The notes: a model not told the origin generated them from the letters alone. Shown: positions 8,692-18,257, counted from the first letter of the stretch. The stretch: DNA of 64,000 bases from Candidatus Thiovulum imperiosus (GCA_024281175.1 JAMJTW010000031.1:20100-84099), one strand, 5' to 3'. Translations and numbers: made by a program.

Positions 8692-10203
8692 TTAGTAGTT
8701 GTAAGCTACTTTATAATTTGGGTCGTCCTCTTCATAAGTACAGAATGGACCAGCATTTTTTAAGATAGCTTTACAGTCGTTGGAAAGGTGTCGAATTCGG
8801 AGATTTTTTCCAGCTTCAGAATACTTTTTTGTAATTCCATCTATCGCTTCAACTCCAGAAATATCCATAACTTTTGCATTTTTGAAATCAAGAACTACCT
8901 CATCAGGGTCACTTTCCAATTGGAACTGCTCATAGAAAGAGGTAACAGAACCAAAAAAGAGTGGACCTTCAAATTCATAAATCTTTCTACCATCTTCAAC
9001 TCTGCTTCTGGAATAGACTCTTGCATGTTGCCAAGCAAAAACTAGAGCTGAAATTATGATACCTGTAATTACAGCAATTGCTAAATCAAAGAAAATTGTA
9101 ATGAGGGTTACAGCTACAAGGACAAAACGGTCACTATTTGGCATATACTTTATTCTATTTCCACTCTCCCACTCAAAAGTTCCAATCGAAACCATAAACA
9201 TAATTCCAACAAGAACTGCTACTGGAATTACGGCGATGAGGTCTGTTAAAACTATCACAAAAAGAATTAAAAGAACAGATGCAACAAGTGCCGAAAGTCG
9301 TCCCCAACCACCATTTGAGAAGTTGATAATAGATTGTCCAATCATTGCACAACCTGCCATTCCTCCAAAAGAGCCACAAGCCACATTTCCAACTCCTTGA
9401 GCCACACACTCCTGATTTCCACTACCTCGTTTTCCGCCCATTTCATCAAGAACTGAAAGGGTAAGAAGAGACTCAATTAGACCTACAAGAGCTACAAGAA
9501 CAGCATAAGGCAAAACCATAAGAAAGACATCTAAAGAGATTTCAAATTCTGGAATTGAGAAAGTTGGTAAAGAGCCTGAAATATCAGCAAGGTCTCCAAC
9601 TCTTTTTGTATCTAAGTCGAAAAGTAAAACTATTGCAGTAATTGTAACAATTGCAACTAATCCCGATGGAACTGCTTTTGTGATTTTTGGAAAGAACTCG
9701 ACGATTGCCATCGTAAGAAAAACTAAAGCATACATTACCCAATTTTCACCCTCAAAAAGTGGAAATTGTGCTAAAGCAATTACAATTGCAAGACCATTTA
9801 CAAATCCATACATTGCAGGTTGAGGAACAAGTCGAATGAGTTTTCCTAATTTCAGAACACCCACAAAGATTTGGAGAAGACCTGCTAAGATGGTGGTGAG
9901 AAGTATATATTGTAAAATCATCTCAGCATCAGCATCTGGAAAAAGCTCTTTCACTTCAACTCCAAGCCCAACAAGAACTACGGCAACAGCACCAGTCGCA
10001 CCTGAAATCATTCCCGCCTTTCCACCAATTAGAGCTGTAATGAGTCCTAAAATGAAAGCGGTGTAGAGTCCAACAAGTGGTGAAACTCCAGCTATAAATG
10101 AGAATGCAATCGCTTCTGGAACAAGTGCAATTGCAACAACAATTCCAGAAAGAATATCATTTTTTGCACTATGACCAATAAAAGTGTTTCTTATATTTAA
10201 CAA
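8692..10203 (-). CDS. SulP-family anion (sulfate/bicarbonate) permease with C-terminal STAS domain
   Basis: 503 aa with many TM helices. The C-terminal STAS-like block reads FEGPLFFGSV...LDFKNAKVMDISGVEAI. Confidence 0.9.
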   Translation of the reverse strand: MLNIRNTFIGHSAKNDILSGIVVAIALVPEAIAFSFIAGVSPLVGLYTAFILGLITALIGGKAGMISGATGAVAVVLVGLGVEVKELFPDADAEMILQYILLTTILAGLLQIFVGVLKLGKLIRLVPQPAMYGFVNGLAIVIALAQFPLFEGENWVMYALVFLTMAIVEFFPKITKAVPSGLVAIVTITAIVLLFDLDTKRVGDLADISGSLPTFSIPEFEISLDVFLMVLPYAVLVALVGLIESLLTLSVLDEMGGKRGSGNQECVAQGVGNVACGSFGGMAGCAMIGQSIINFSNGGWGRLSALVASVLLILFVIVLTDLIAVIPVAVLVGIMFMVSIGTFEWESGNRIKYMPNSDRFVLVAVTLITIFFDLAIAVITGIIISALVFAWQHARVYSRSRVEDGRKIYEFEGPLFFGSVTSFYEQFQLESDPDEVVLDFKNAKVMDISGVEAIDGITKKYSEAGKNLRIRHLSNDCKAILKNAGPFCTYEEDDPNYKVAYNY

Positions 10204-10244
10204 AAACTATCCTAATATTTTTTGGAATAGTAACAAAAAGATAA

Positions 10245-10305
10245 AAGAGTCTAAAAAGAAGACTCTTCGGTCGCTACCCTCCCTCAGAGTGTTCTGCCCT
10301 AAAAA
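10245..10305. repeat. GAGTC-hairpin module plus CTCAGAG module of the interspersed repeat family; possible ureG terminator
   Basis: AAGAGTCT-AAAAAGA-AGACTCTT hairpin at 10245-10267, followed on the minus strand by a T-rich run. The adjacent GGTCGCTACCCTCCCTCAGAGTG recurs at 15584-15620 and 31597-31625. Confidence 0.65.
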
Positions 10306-10472
10306 GGGGACTGACCAAATAGAGTATTTTTACATCTTAACAATTTATATGTCATTTCGAACCCTTTAGGGTGAGAAATCTTTTACATATTTGGGTAAAA
10401 GGATAAACTTCCAAGATTTCTCAATCACTTCGTTCATATCGAAATGACAAGAAAGCCTATTTGGTCACTCCC
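10306..10472. mobile_element. Full-length MITE-like (Correia-like) element, 167 bp
   Basis: Terminal inverted repeats GGGGACTGACCAAATAG and CTATTTGGTCACTCCC. Internal boxes GTCATTTCGA...GAGAAATCTT pair with AAGATTTCTC...TCGAAATGAC. Confidence 0.65.
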
Positions 10473-10478
10473 ATTTTC

Positions 10479-11069
10479 TCAATTTTCTGCAAGAACTTCT
10501 ATCCACTCTACAAGTTTTTTGATACTATCATCTCTATTTGATAAGAAGAGATAAGGCTTATTTCTTCTATTCTCTTTAACATCACTCTCCATAAATTCAA
10601 GGTTTACACCAACATAAGGAGAGAGGTCGGTTTTATTTACAATTAGGATATCGCTAAAAAGAAGACCAGCACCCTTTTTCCGTGGAATATCAGCACCTTG
10701 AGCAACATCAATAACATACATATAGTAGTCAATAAGTTCATAAGAGAAAGTTGCACTCAGATTGTCACCACCACTCTCTACAAAGATGATATCGGGATTG
10801 TATCTCTCTTCTAACTCTAAAACTTCTCGCTGATTTGCACTTATATCATCTCGAATTGCTGTATGAGGACAACCACCTGTTTCAACTCCAATAATTCTCT
10901 CGCTATCAATATCAAGATGAGATTTAAGATAGTTTGCATCTTCTGTTGTGTAGATGTCATTTGTAACAATACCAAGAGAGTATCTCTCTTTCAAGATATT
11001 TGTGAGCTGTTCAATAATGGAAGTTTTTCCACTTCCAACTGGTCCAGCTACTCCTATTTTTATGCTCAT
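10479..11069 (-). CDS. ureG: Urease accessory GTPase UreG
   Basis: P-loop GPVGSGKTS, metal motif GGCPHTAIRDD, and NKTDL. Confidence 0.95.
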   Translation of the reverse strand: MSIKIGVAGPVGSGKTSIIEQLTNILKERYSLGIVTNDIYTTEDANYLKSHLDIDSERIIGVETGGCPHTAIRDDISANQREVLELEERYNPDIIFVESGGDNLSATFSYELIDYYMYVIDVAQGADIPRKKGAGLLFSDILIVNKTDLSPYVGVNLEFMESDVKENRRNKPYLFLSNRDDSIKKLVEWIEVLAEN

Positions 11070-11077
11070 ATTTTCTC

Positions 11078-11752
11078 CTAAGTTACGAAAAGTTTCGGTT
11101 CTAAATCTTTGTGTCTATATATTATCTCTTCAAAAAGTGGGTTGAAGTTAGAAAGATGCTTTTCTCCACTAGAATCTACTTCTAGTTCAAGTAGAGTTCT
11201 CTGAATTTCTGATGGTTTTATTCTTGATATTTTCAAACTACTCATTGCGATATTCAAAAGAGTTTTTTTACTCCAGAGAAGAAGAAAAGTTTCTGGTGAA
11301 ATATCAAGTTCATATCCATAAGCTGAGAGAACTGCTAACTCATTTCCAAAAGCTACACCCTCTTTCACTTTTAAGAAATACTCTTTTACAACTTGTTTCT
11401 GAATTCCAAAATCTATCTGTTTTAAATAGTTTGCTCCAATCTCTTTTGACGCTTTTGCATAATGAAAATTTTGCATAGCACTAAAAACCTCATCGGCTCT
11501 AATTAGAAGATGCAACTTATCCTCTTCTAAATGTTTGAAAATCTCTCTTACAAATGGAAATTCTAATTTCTGATACTGCTCAACAATCAGATTTTCTAAA
11601 AATAGTTCCAACTCATATCTGTTTGTAACTCTTTCCAAAACAATATGAGGTTCTAATCCAAAAGAGTGAACAAAAGCTCCACTTGGAAAACTATTATCAA
11701 GTATCTGAAGAAATCTGCTAAGAGCTTTAGTGTGAATGGTGTGCATTTCCAT
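11078..11752 (-). CDS. ureF: Urease accessory protein UreF
   Basis: LQILDNSFPSGAFVHSFGLE motif, and position between ureE and ureG. The start may be the internal Met two codons downstream. Confidence 0.8.
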   Translation of the reverse strand: MEMHTIHTKALSRFLQILDNSFPSGAFVHSFGLEPHIVLERVTNRYELELFLENLIVEQYQKLEFPFVREIFKHLEEDKLHLLIRADEVFSAMQNFHYAKASKEIGANYLKQIDFGIQKQVVKEYFLKVKEGVAFGNELAVLSAYGYELDISPETFLLLWSKKTLLNIAMSSLKISRIKPSEIQRTLLELEVDSSGEKHLSNFNPLFEEIIYRHKDLEPKLFVT

Positions 11753-12158
11753 TTGGTTTGAAATATCCTTTTCTCTTTTCTACACCTATTTCACTATTTT
11801 TACAAAATTCTATAATATCCTGTAGAGAGACATCATTTAGAACTACTATTTTATAATCTTCAATTGAGATAGGTTGATGTCTATTCCCAACTTCATAAGC
11901 AATTTTTGCAAAATCGATATGGTTTGAGAAAGAGAGTTTATAAATTTCATCTTCTCCTTTTTTTACACCTATCTTATATCCATCTTCAGCTATCAAAACA
12001 TCTCCTTCGTGAAGATGAGAAAACTTCGCCTTTACAATAAAATTTACACCTTTATCAGTTGTAGCTGTAAGATTTGGTTTTTTCATATCAAACCAACCAA
12101 GCTCCACAATATCATCATAATCTTTACTCTTTTCTATTTTAGTAACTCTTTTTATCAT
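11727..12158 (-). CDS. ureE: Urease accessory nickel chaperone UreE
   Basis: EVGNRHQP motif and His-rich C-terminus NAHHSH. Overlaps the ureF start. Confidence 0.85.
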   Translation of the reverse strand: MIKRVTKIEKSKDYDDIVELGWFDMKKPNLTATTDKGVNFIVKAKFSHLHEGDVLIAEDGYKIGVKKGEDEIYKLSFSNHIDFAKIAYEVGNRHQPISIEDYKIVVLNDVSLQDIIEFCKNSEIGVEKRKGYFKPNGNAHHSH

Positions 12159-12211
12159 CTTTTTATCTCCTTATGTGTTAAAATTATAGGCTAATTAGAG
12201 CGGAGTATTAA

Positions 12212-12925
12212 ATGAACCCTTACTTAAATGATATTATAGAAATTTCACAAATTGATAATGAGATAGCTGAATTTGAACCTAAAGTTGAAAGAATAAAGTA
12301 TAGTTATAACTCTATTCAAAGACAGAGAGATGAAATTCTTCAAGAGATTGAAAAAGTTGTTGATGATATTCGTGATGTAGATAATAAAATCGGTGTTCTT
12401 GAAAAAGATATTGAGAGAATTGGTCAAGAACAGAAAGAGTATGAGAAAAAATTAAATACTATTACAAAAACTAAAGAGTTGAATGCCTTAACTATGGAGA
12501 ATAATCTTCGAAAAGAGCAAATTCAATATGATAATAGTGAAGTTGATAGATACGGAAAAATAAGAGACAACCTCGACCAGAAACTTAAAGATAAGAAAAA
12601 TGAGTATGAAGAATTTAAAGAGAAACTCTCTTCTGAAGAAGAGAGAGTTAAAAAAAGTTTAGATTCTATTTCTGAAGCTAAAAATGTTGTTTTGAAAGAT
12701 AGAGACAAAAAGAGAGATTCAATGAATCCAAAAATCTACTCTTTCTATTCAAAAATTCGAAAATGGGCTGGAGAGAATGCAGTTGTTCCAGTTCGAGATG
12801 GTGCTTGTTATGGCTGTTTTATAAAATTAAATGACCAAACTTTTCTTGAGGTAATAAAAGGTGAAGAGATAATAACTTGTCCAAATTGCGGTAGAGTTAT
12901 CTATTTAGAGAGAGATGAGGAGTAA
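12212..12925 (+). CDS. Coiled-coil C4 zinc-ribbon protein (COG1579 type; resembles H. pylori HP0958/FlgZ)
   Basis: Long charged coiled coil followed by CYGC...CPNC. Lies immediately upstream of waaA, as HP0958 does with HP0957. Confidence 0.7.
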   Translation: MNPYLNDIIEISQIDNEIAEFEPKVERIKYSYNSIQRQRDEILQEIEKVVDDIRDVDNKIGVLEKDIERIGQEQKEYEKKLNTITKTKELNALTMENNLRKEQIQYDNSEVDRYGKIRDNLDQKLKDKKNEYEEFKEKLSSEEERVKKSLDSISEAKNVVLKDRDKKRDSMNPKIYSFYSKIRKWAGENAVVPVRDGACYGCFIKLNDQTFLEVIKGEEIITCPNCGRVIYLERDEE

Positions 12926-14061
12926 TGTTCTCCTCCACATATACAGTTTCTCTACTAACTCTACACTCTCTACTCTCTCCTATCATATTTGCAATATCTT
13001 TTAAAAAAAAGTATCGAAATTCAATTCCAGCGAGATTCTTTCTCTGGAAAAATAGAACAAATTTAGAGAATAGATATTGGTTTCACGGCTGTTCTTTGGG
13101 AGAGATAAATGCGATAAAGCCATTTTTGAAAAAGTTTCCAGAAGACACTCTGCTGACAACAACCACGGAAACAGGTTTCAATTCAGGAAAAAAGAGTGGA
13201 TTTGAGACAAGATATCTACCTTTTGAACATCTACTATCTTTCTGGAGAGGAAAACCGAAAAAACTTATAGTTTTGGAAGCTGAACTCTGGTATCTGCTTT
13301 TTAGAATTGGAAAGAGAAAAGGTGCAGAAACTATACTTTTGAGTGGTCGAATTTCTGAAAGAAGTTTTCCAAAATATATGAAGTGGAGATGGTTTTATAA
13401 AAGAATTTTTCAGAATATAGATGTGATTTATGCTCAGAGTGAAATTGATAAGAGTAGATTTGAGAAATTGGGAGCTGGAAAGGTGAAGGTTTTAGGAAAT
13501 ATAAAACTTTTGAAATCGAAAAGTTCTCAAAATTTAGATATTCCAAAAGATAGAAAAGTTTTTGTTGGTGCTTCAACCCATAAAGGAGATGAAGAGACAA
13601 TTTTAAATGCTTATCCAACTTCTGAAAGAGTACTTATAGTTCCAAGACATAAAGAGAGGTTTGATGAGGTTTGGAAAATTGTCTTGGAATTTGGAGAGAA
13701 AAGAGGAGTCTCTACTTCAAGATATTCAGAAAGTCATAGCTTTCAAGCAGATGTAGTTTTAGTAGATACTATTGGAATGCTTATCGATATTTACGCAAAA
13801 AGTGATGTTGTAATTTTAGGAGGCGGTTTTTATGATGGCATTGGTGGACACAATCCAGTTGAACCAGCCTCTTTTCAAAATATAGTTATTTCTGGAAAAT
13901 ACGCTTTTAACCAACTTGAACTCTTTCCCTATATTGATAATTTAAAAATTGTAGAAAAGATAGAGTTAAAAGAAGTTCTACAAAATATAAACTCCTTACA
14001 TATCGCAAAAGTCTCTCAAGATATAGATTTCCAGAAAATAGAAGATACTCTCAAAAAATAG
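12925..14061 (+). CDS. waaA: 3-deoxy-D-manno-octulosonic acid (Kdo) transferase
   Basis: YWFHGCSLGEINA motif, the C-terminal GT-B half, and length fit WaaA/KdtA. Confidence 0.9.
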   Translation: MFSSTYTVSLLTLHSLLSPIIFAISFKKKYRNSIPARFFLWKNRTNLENRYWFHGCSLGEINAIKPFLKKFPEDTLLTTTTETGFNSGKKSGFETRYLPFEHLLSFWRGKPKKLIVLEAELWYLLFRIGKRKGAETILLSGRISERSFPKYMKWRWFYKRIFQNIDVIYAQSEIDKSRFEKLGAGKVKVLGNIKLLKSKSSQNLDIPKDRKVFVGASTHKGDEETILNAYPTSERVLIVPRHKERFDEVWKIVLEFGEKRGVSTSRYSESHSFQADVVLVDTIGMLIDIYAKSDVVILGGGFYDGIGGHNPVEPASFQNIVISGKYAFNQLELFPYIDNLKIVEKIELKEVLQNINSLHIAKVSQDIDFQKIEDTLKK

Positions 14062-14161
14062 GATTTACTAAATAGAGTATTTTTACACTTTACATATGTC
14101 ATTTCGAACCCCTTTTGGGTGAGAAATCTTGGGAGTGGCAGAAACCTATTTGGTCAGTTCC
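14061..14161. mobile_element. Short MITE-like element, 101 bp
   Basis: GGATTTACTAAATAG ... GTCATTTCGAACCCCTTTTGGGTGAGAAATCTT ... CTATTTGGTCAGTTCC. It starts at the waaA stop codon. Confidence 0.6.
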
Positions 14162-14170
14162 GCATGAAAC

Positions 14171-15220
14171 TTACTTTTTTAGACTCTCTTCCAAATTGTG
14201 ATGAGTAACTTTGATAGTCTCCAAAATCTCCTCTATCTCCTTTTCAGAACCACCATTTGTAAGAAGAGTATAAAGTTTCTCAATTTCTGCTCGAAGTGGT
14301 CTTGGAAAGTTTTTAGCTCCATAATCCAACATATTCAAAGCAAGATTTGCTGAAGAGTGAGAAATTTGTCTCTGAATTCCCTGAAGTGTTACGGTTGTAA
14401 AAGGCGAATTCATATAGAAAATTGTCTCATTTATCACATGTCTTAAGTAGTTTCTAAATCTTACAATTTCGTTTTCATCAAGATAGTTTAGTGCTACAAG
14501 AAAATCTTTTTTGTAAATCTTAGAAATCTTGCGAAGTTGATTGAAAGATTGAATTGAGATTTCTCTTCGTTGCTCTTTGAGTTCATCAAAAACGATTTGA
14601 CTTGCTGTTTTTCGGACATTTGCAATATGAAGATTTTGAAACATTGTTGCAAAAATTCCATTCACTTGCTGTTTTGTTGCCCCAAAGTTTTCCAGAGTCT
14701 CTTCAATTTTCTCTCTCAAATCTCTATACTCTAAATCGAAAAGTTTTCTCTCTTCGTAAATCGATTTCACTTCTGTAATCATCTCTCCAATTTGAAGAGG
14801 CGAAATCGTTTCAGAAATATAGAAACCGTTTTTCCGAATTGCTGGAAGAACTTCTTTTGTTATCCACTTTTTAAAGTCTTTTGCATTCTCTTTTTTACTA
14901 CTGAAACTTGCTGAGTAAATCCCACTCTCATTTACAAGAGTTAGCTTACCATTTCTGTCAAAAGATACACCTCCATTTGGGAGGTGTATTTTCTTATCAA
15001 TCTTTAAAATATCCTCTTTTTCGATGTGTTTAAGCATTTTATTTGTGTTTGACAAAACTCTTTTTGTTCTGGTATCAATCTTTTCATATCCTAAAATTGA
15101 AGCCACATCTTTTGCAACAAACCACAAATCTTCTGTTTTTAAATCAAGTAGAGTTCTTATCTCTTTTCCCTCAAAAAATCGAAAGTTTTCTGGCATTTTT
15201 TCTAAAAGTTTTAAATTCAT
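14171..15220 (-). CDS. BRO-N domain protein with RhuM-like C-terminal region (phage antirepressor-like)
   Basis: N-terminal LWFVAKDVASILGY and WITKEVLPAIRKNG are BRO-N hallmarks. C-terminal FQNLHIANVRKTASQIV...ALNYLDENEI parallels the RhuM-family core. Confidence 0.75.
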   Translation of the reverse strand: MNLKLLEKMPENFRFFEGKEIRTLLDLKTEDLWFVAKDVASILGYEKIDTRTKRVLSNTNKMLKHIEKEDILKIDKKIHLPNGGVSFDRNGKLTLVNESGIYSASFSSKKENAKDFKKWITKEVLPAIRKNGFYISETISPLQIGEMITEVKSIYEERKLFDLEYRDLREKIEETLENFGATKQQVNGIFATMFQNLHIANVRKTASQIVFDELKEQRREISIQSFNQLRKISKIYKKDFLVALNYLDENEIVRFRNYLRHVINETIFYMNSPFTTVTLQGIQRQISHSSANLALNMLDYGAKNFPRPLRAEIEKLYTLLTNGGSEKEIEEILETIKVTHHNLEESLKK

Positions 15221-15251
15221 AAATTATCTTTTTTGGAGATTTTACAGGAAA

Positions 15252-15347
15252 GTTTTGCAATCCCTATAAGGGAAACGGAACTATAGCACTATGTTGGAAG
15301 ACCTAAAAGAATTTCAATGTTTGCAATCCCTATAAGGGAAACGGAAC
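15252..15347 (-). CRISPR. Minimal CRISPR-like array: two 30-bp repeats and one 36-bp spacer, no cas genes in the window
   Basis: 15252-15281 and 15318-15347 match at 28/30 positions (the 28 bp at 15254-15281 and 15320-15347 are identical). The minus-strand repeat is GTTCCGTTTCCCTTATAGGGATTGCAAAAC, with an internal TCCCT-TAT-AGGGA hairpin and an ATTGCAAAAC tail. The spacer is 15282-15317. Confidence 0.45.
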
Positions 15348-15348
15348 C

Positions 15349-15555
15349 CTAACTGTTCCCATTTATTGGGTGTAATTGTAGTGAAAGAAAAATAAAATTT
15401 AGCTTAAGCGAAAATTGACCTCGATTTTTCGGGCATAAATTTTTTGCTTTATAAGAGATTTTTATGGCATAAGTTTGAAGCCATTTTTTATTACTTCTGA
15501 AACTTAAACGGTGATTTTCTGAAACTAATTTCAGGAAATTTTCTCTTGTTTTCAT
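15349..15555 (-). CDS. Small hypothetical ORF (68 aa); alternatively the AT-rich leader of the mini-array
   Basis: ATG preceded by AGGAGA. I recognise no family. It ends 1 nt before the first repeat on the minus strand. Confidence 0.3.
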   Translation of the reverse strand: MKTRENFLKLVSENHRLSFRSNKKWLQTYAIKISYKAKNLCPKNRGQFSLKLNFIFLSLQLHPINGNS

Positions 15556-15583
15556 CTTTCTCTCCTATCTATATAAGGCAAAA

Positions 15584-15743
15584 CACTCTGAGGGAGGTTC
15601 TTCCAGAACTGACCGAAGAGTCTTCTTTTTAGACTCTGCGACTATGCTCAGAGAGGAAATCCTGCTCTATTTAGCCAGTTCCTCTTTTTAGACTTTTCGC
15701 GTTCGCTAAGAGAGGAAATCCTTACTCTATTTGGTAAGTTCCC
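15584..15743. repeat. Composite of repeat-family modules including a roughly 58-bp tandem duplication
   Basis: CACTCTGAGGGAGG..GACCGAAGAGTCT-TCTTTTT-AGACTCT hairpin at 15617-15637, then two tandem units each ending AGAGAGGAAATCCT.CTCTATTT.G..AGTTCC. Confidence 0.6.
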
Positions 15744-15774
15744 AAGTTTTTACATAAAATTATTAAAACTTTAC

Positions 15775-15780
15775 TATAAT
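15775..15780 (+). promoter_or_regulatory. Candidate -10 box for murA
   Basis: TATAAT lies 28 nt upstream of the murA ATG. The RBS AGGAGGA is at 15798-15804. Confidence 0.3.
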
Positions 15781-15807
15781 GGTAAGTTTTAAGCATAGGA
15801 GGAAAAG

Positions 15808-17088
15808 ATGGACGCTTTAAAGATTTACGGAGGTAAAAAGCTCTCTGGAAAAGTAAAAATTTCTGGAGCAAAAAACTCTGCTCTACCAATCATTGCTTCT
15901 ACAATATTGGCAAAAAACAGGGTCAAAATTGAGAATATGCCTAATGTTGTAGATATAAAAACTCTACTAAAACTTTTGGGAAGACTTGGTGCAAACTACG
16001 AACTTTCTGGAAATAGCTTAGAGGTAGATAGCTCAAAAGTAAATAGTACGGTTGCAAATTATGATATAGTAAAAACGATGAGAGCTTCTATTTTAGTTTT
16101 AGGTCCTCTGCTAACAAGATTTGGACATTGTGAGGTATCTTTGCCTGGAGGTTGTGCAATTGGGGCTAGACCTGTTGATTTACATCTTAAAGCTCTACAA
16201 AAGATGGGTGCTGAAATTACTATTGATGAGGGATATATTAAAGCGTCTACACCAAAAGATGGGTTACAAGGAGCAGATATCCATTTTGAAAAGAAGAGTG
16301 TAACAGGTACTGAAAATATTGTCATGGCAGCAGCTCTTGCTCATGGAGAGACAAATATCTCAAATTGTGCTTTAGAACCTGAAGTTGTCCAGATATGCGA
16401 AATTTTAAGAGATGCTGGAGTTGAGATAGAGGGAATTGGAACTGAACAAATCAGAGTAGTTGGAACTGGTGGAAAACTTCTCCAATTTCAAGATATAAAA
16501 GTTATTCCAGATAGAATTGAAGCTGGAACTTATCTTTGTGCTGGAGCAATTACCAAAAGTACAGTAAAAGTTTCAGATGTAGAACCAAAACATATTCAAG
16601 CAACTATAAATAAATTAGAAGAGATGAACTTCAAATTAGAAATTGGAAAAGATTTTGTGAGAATTGCTCCTCCAGAAGATGGAAAAATAGGTAGCGTAGA
16701 TATTGTTACAGCTGAATTTCCAAAGTTTCCAACTGATATGCAAGCTCAATTTGTAGCTTTGACAACTCAAGCATGTAGTGAAAGTATCATTGAAGAGAGG
16801 CTTTTTGAAAACAGGTTTATGCATGTTAGCGAACTTCAGAGACTTGGTGCTGGAATAGAGATTGAGAAAAACCAAGTTAAAGTTTCTGGAAGTAGTGAAC
16901 TTATTGGTGCTGATGTTATGGCAACAGATTTAAGAGCCTCTTCTGCTCTTGTTTTAGCTGGACTTGTAGCAAAAGGGGAAACTACAATACATCGTATTTA
17001 CCACCTAGATAGAGGGTATGAGAGTTTAGAGGAGAAACTTCGAAATCTTGGAGCAAAAGTAGAAAGAGTAAAGGTAGATATTCTTTGA
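15808..17088 (+). CDS. murA: UDP-N-acetylglucosamine 1-carboxyvinyltransferase
   Basis: Full-length MurA pattern, including the active-site loop [15 protein letters not shown]. Confidence 0.95.
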   Translation: MDALKIYGGKKLSGKVKISGAKNSALPIIASTILAKNRVKIENMPNVVDIKTLLKLLGRLGANYELSGNSLEVDSSKVNSTVANYDIVKTMRASILVLGPLLTRFGHCEVSLPGGCAIGARPVDLHLKALQKMGAEITIDEGYIKASTPKDGLQGADIHFEKKSVTGTENIVMAAALAHGETNISNCALEPEVVQICEILRDAGVEIEGIGTEQIRVVGTGGKLLQFQDIKVIPDRIEAGTYLCAGAITKSTVKVSDVEPKHIQATINKLEEMNFKLEIGKDFVRIAPPEDGKIGSVDIVTAEFPKFPTDMQAQFVALTTQACSESIIEERLFENRFMHVSELQRLGAGIEIEKNQVKVSGSSELIGADVMATDLRASSALVLAGLVAKGETTIHRIYHLDRGYESLEEKLRNLGAKVERVKVDIL

Positions 17089-18104
17089 GAGATATCTTTT
17101 CAGTAGAGAGTTACAATTACGATTTCGATAACTCTCTTATTGCAACCCACCCTCTCTATCCAAAAGAGAGTGCGAAACTTCTAGTTTATAACAGAGATAC
17201 AAAAGAGATAATTCATACAACTTTTGGAAACCTCATCAATTTCATACCTAAAGAAACTTCCATTCTTTTCAACAATACAAAAGTTATTAAAGCCCGTTTC
17301 TTTGGAAAGAAAGAGAGTGGAGGAAAAGTTGAAGTTCTACTAAATAGACCTTTGCCAGATTTGAAATTCTCAATTTTTGTAAAAGGAAAAGTGAAAGTTG
17401 GAACTAAAATTCTCTTTGAAGATATTTCACTTCAAATTTTAGAACTCGTTTCAGACGGTAGTAGAGTTGGTGAGTTTTGGAGAAGTGGAGAGAAATTGGA
17501 GTTTGAAGAAGTCTTGGAAATCTTAGAAGAGATTGGAGAGATACCTCTACCACCATATTTAAATCGAGAAGCTGGAGAAGAAGATGAGGTAGATTATCAA
17601 ACTATCTTTGCAAAAGAGAGTGGTGCTGTGGCAGCTCCAACTGCTTCTCTCCACTTTTCAGAAGAGATGTTGAAAGAGTTAGAAAGCAGATTTGAAACTT
17701 CATACCTTACACTACATGTTGGAGCAGGAACTTTCAAACCAGTCGAGGTTTCTGATATTAGGGAACATACTCTACACAAAGAGATTTTTCAAATTCCAGA
17801 AAAGACAAAAGATATTTTGGAAAGTTCTAAGAAGATACTTTCAGTTGGAACTACTGTTACAAGAACAGTGGAGTACTTTTGGAAAAGTAGAGAAGTTCTT
17901 GGAGAAGCTGATATCTTCCTACATCCTGAAAATAGACCTCAAAGAGTAGACTATCTACTTACAAATTTCCACCTTCCAAAATCTACACTTCTTATGCTTG
18001 TCTCTTCATTTGTTGGAGTTGATGAGGTTCAGAGAATTTACAAAGAAGCAGTTCAAAAAAGATACCGCTTCTACTCTTATGGAGATGGAATGCTTATAAT
18101 TTAG
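17085..18104 (+). CDS. queA: tRNA preQ1(34) S-adenosylmethionine ribosyltransferase-isomerase
   Basis: [28 protein letters not shown] and [13 protein letters not shown] motifs. Overlaps murA by 4 nt. Confidence 0.95.
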   Translation: MRDIFSVESYNYDFDNSLIATHPLYPKESAKLLVYNRDTKEIIHTTFGNLINFIPKETSILFNNTKVIKARFFGKKESGGKVEVLLNRPLPDLKFSIFVKGKVKVGTKILFEDISLQILELVSDGSRVGEFWRSGEKLEFEEVLEILEEIGEIPLPPYLNREAGEEDEVDYQTIFAKESGAVAAPTASLHFSEEMLKELESRFETSYLTLHVGAGTFKPVEVSDIREHTLHKEIFQIPEKTKDILESSKKILSVGTTVTRTVEYFWKSREVLGEADIFLHPENRPQRVDYLLTNFHLPKSTLLMLVSSFVGVDEVQRIYKEAVQKRYRFYSYGDGMLII

Positions 18105-18123
18105 AGTCTAATAGAAAGACTCT
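18103..18123. repeat. GAGTC-hairpin module overlapping the queA stop codon; possible terminator
   Basis: AGAGTCT-AATAGAA-AGACTCT followed by TTCTC. Confidence 0.5.
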
Positions 18124-18138
18124 TTCTCAGGCGAATTT

Positions 18139-18257
18139 GGGAGGTGACTAAATAGGCTTCTGTCATTTCGATATGAGCGTAGCAATTGAGAAATCTTGGA
18201 AATTTATCATTTTAATCGAAACTCTTAAAACATAAAAACACTCTATTTGGTCACTCC
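18139..18257. mobile_element. MITE-like element, 119 bp
   Basis: GGGAGGTGACTAAATAG ... GTCATTTCGATATGAGCGTAGCAATTGAGAAATCTTGG ... CTATTTGGTCACTCC. Confidence 0.6.

Noticed and set aside
10184-10369. 61-aa plus-strand ORF upstream of the SulP gene
   Set aside because: It spans the GAGTC hairpin and the left end of a MITE-like element. It has no RBS and lies within an intergenic repeat region.
15349-15555. The small ORF next to the mini-array as a degraded cas gene
   Set aside because: No Cas1, Cas2 or Cas6-like motif is recognisable in the 68 aa. It is kept only as a low-confidence ORF or possible leader.
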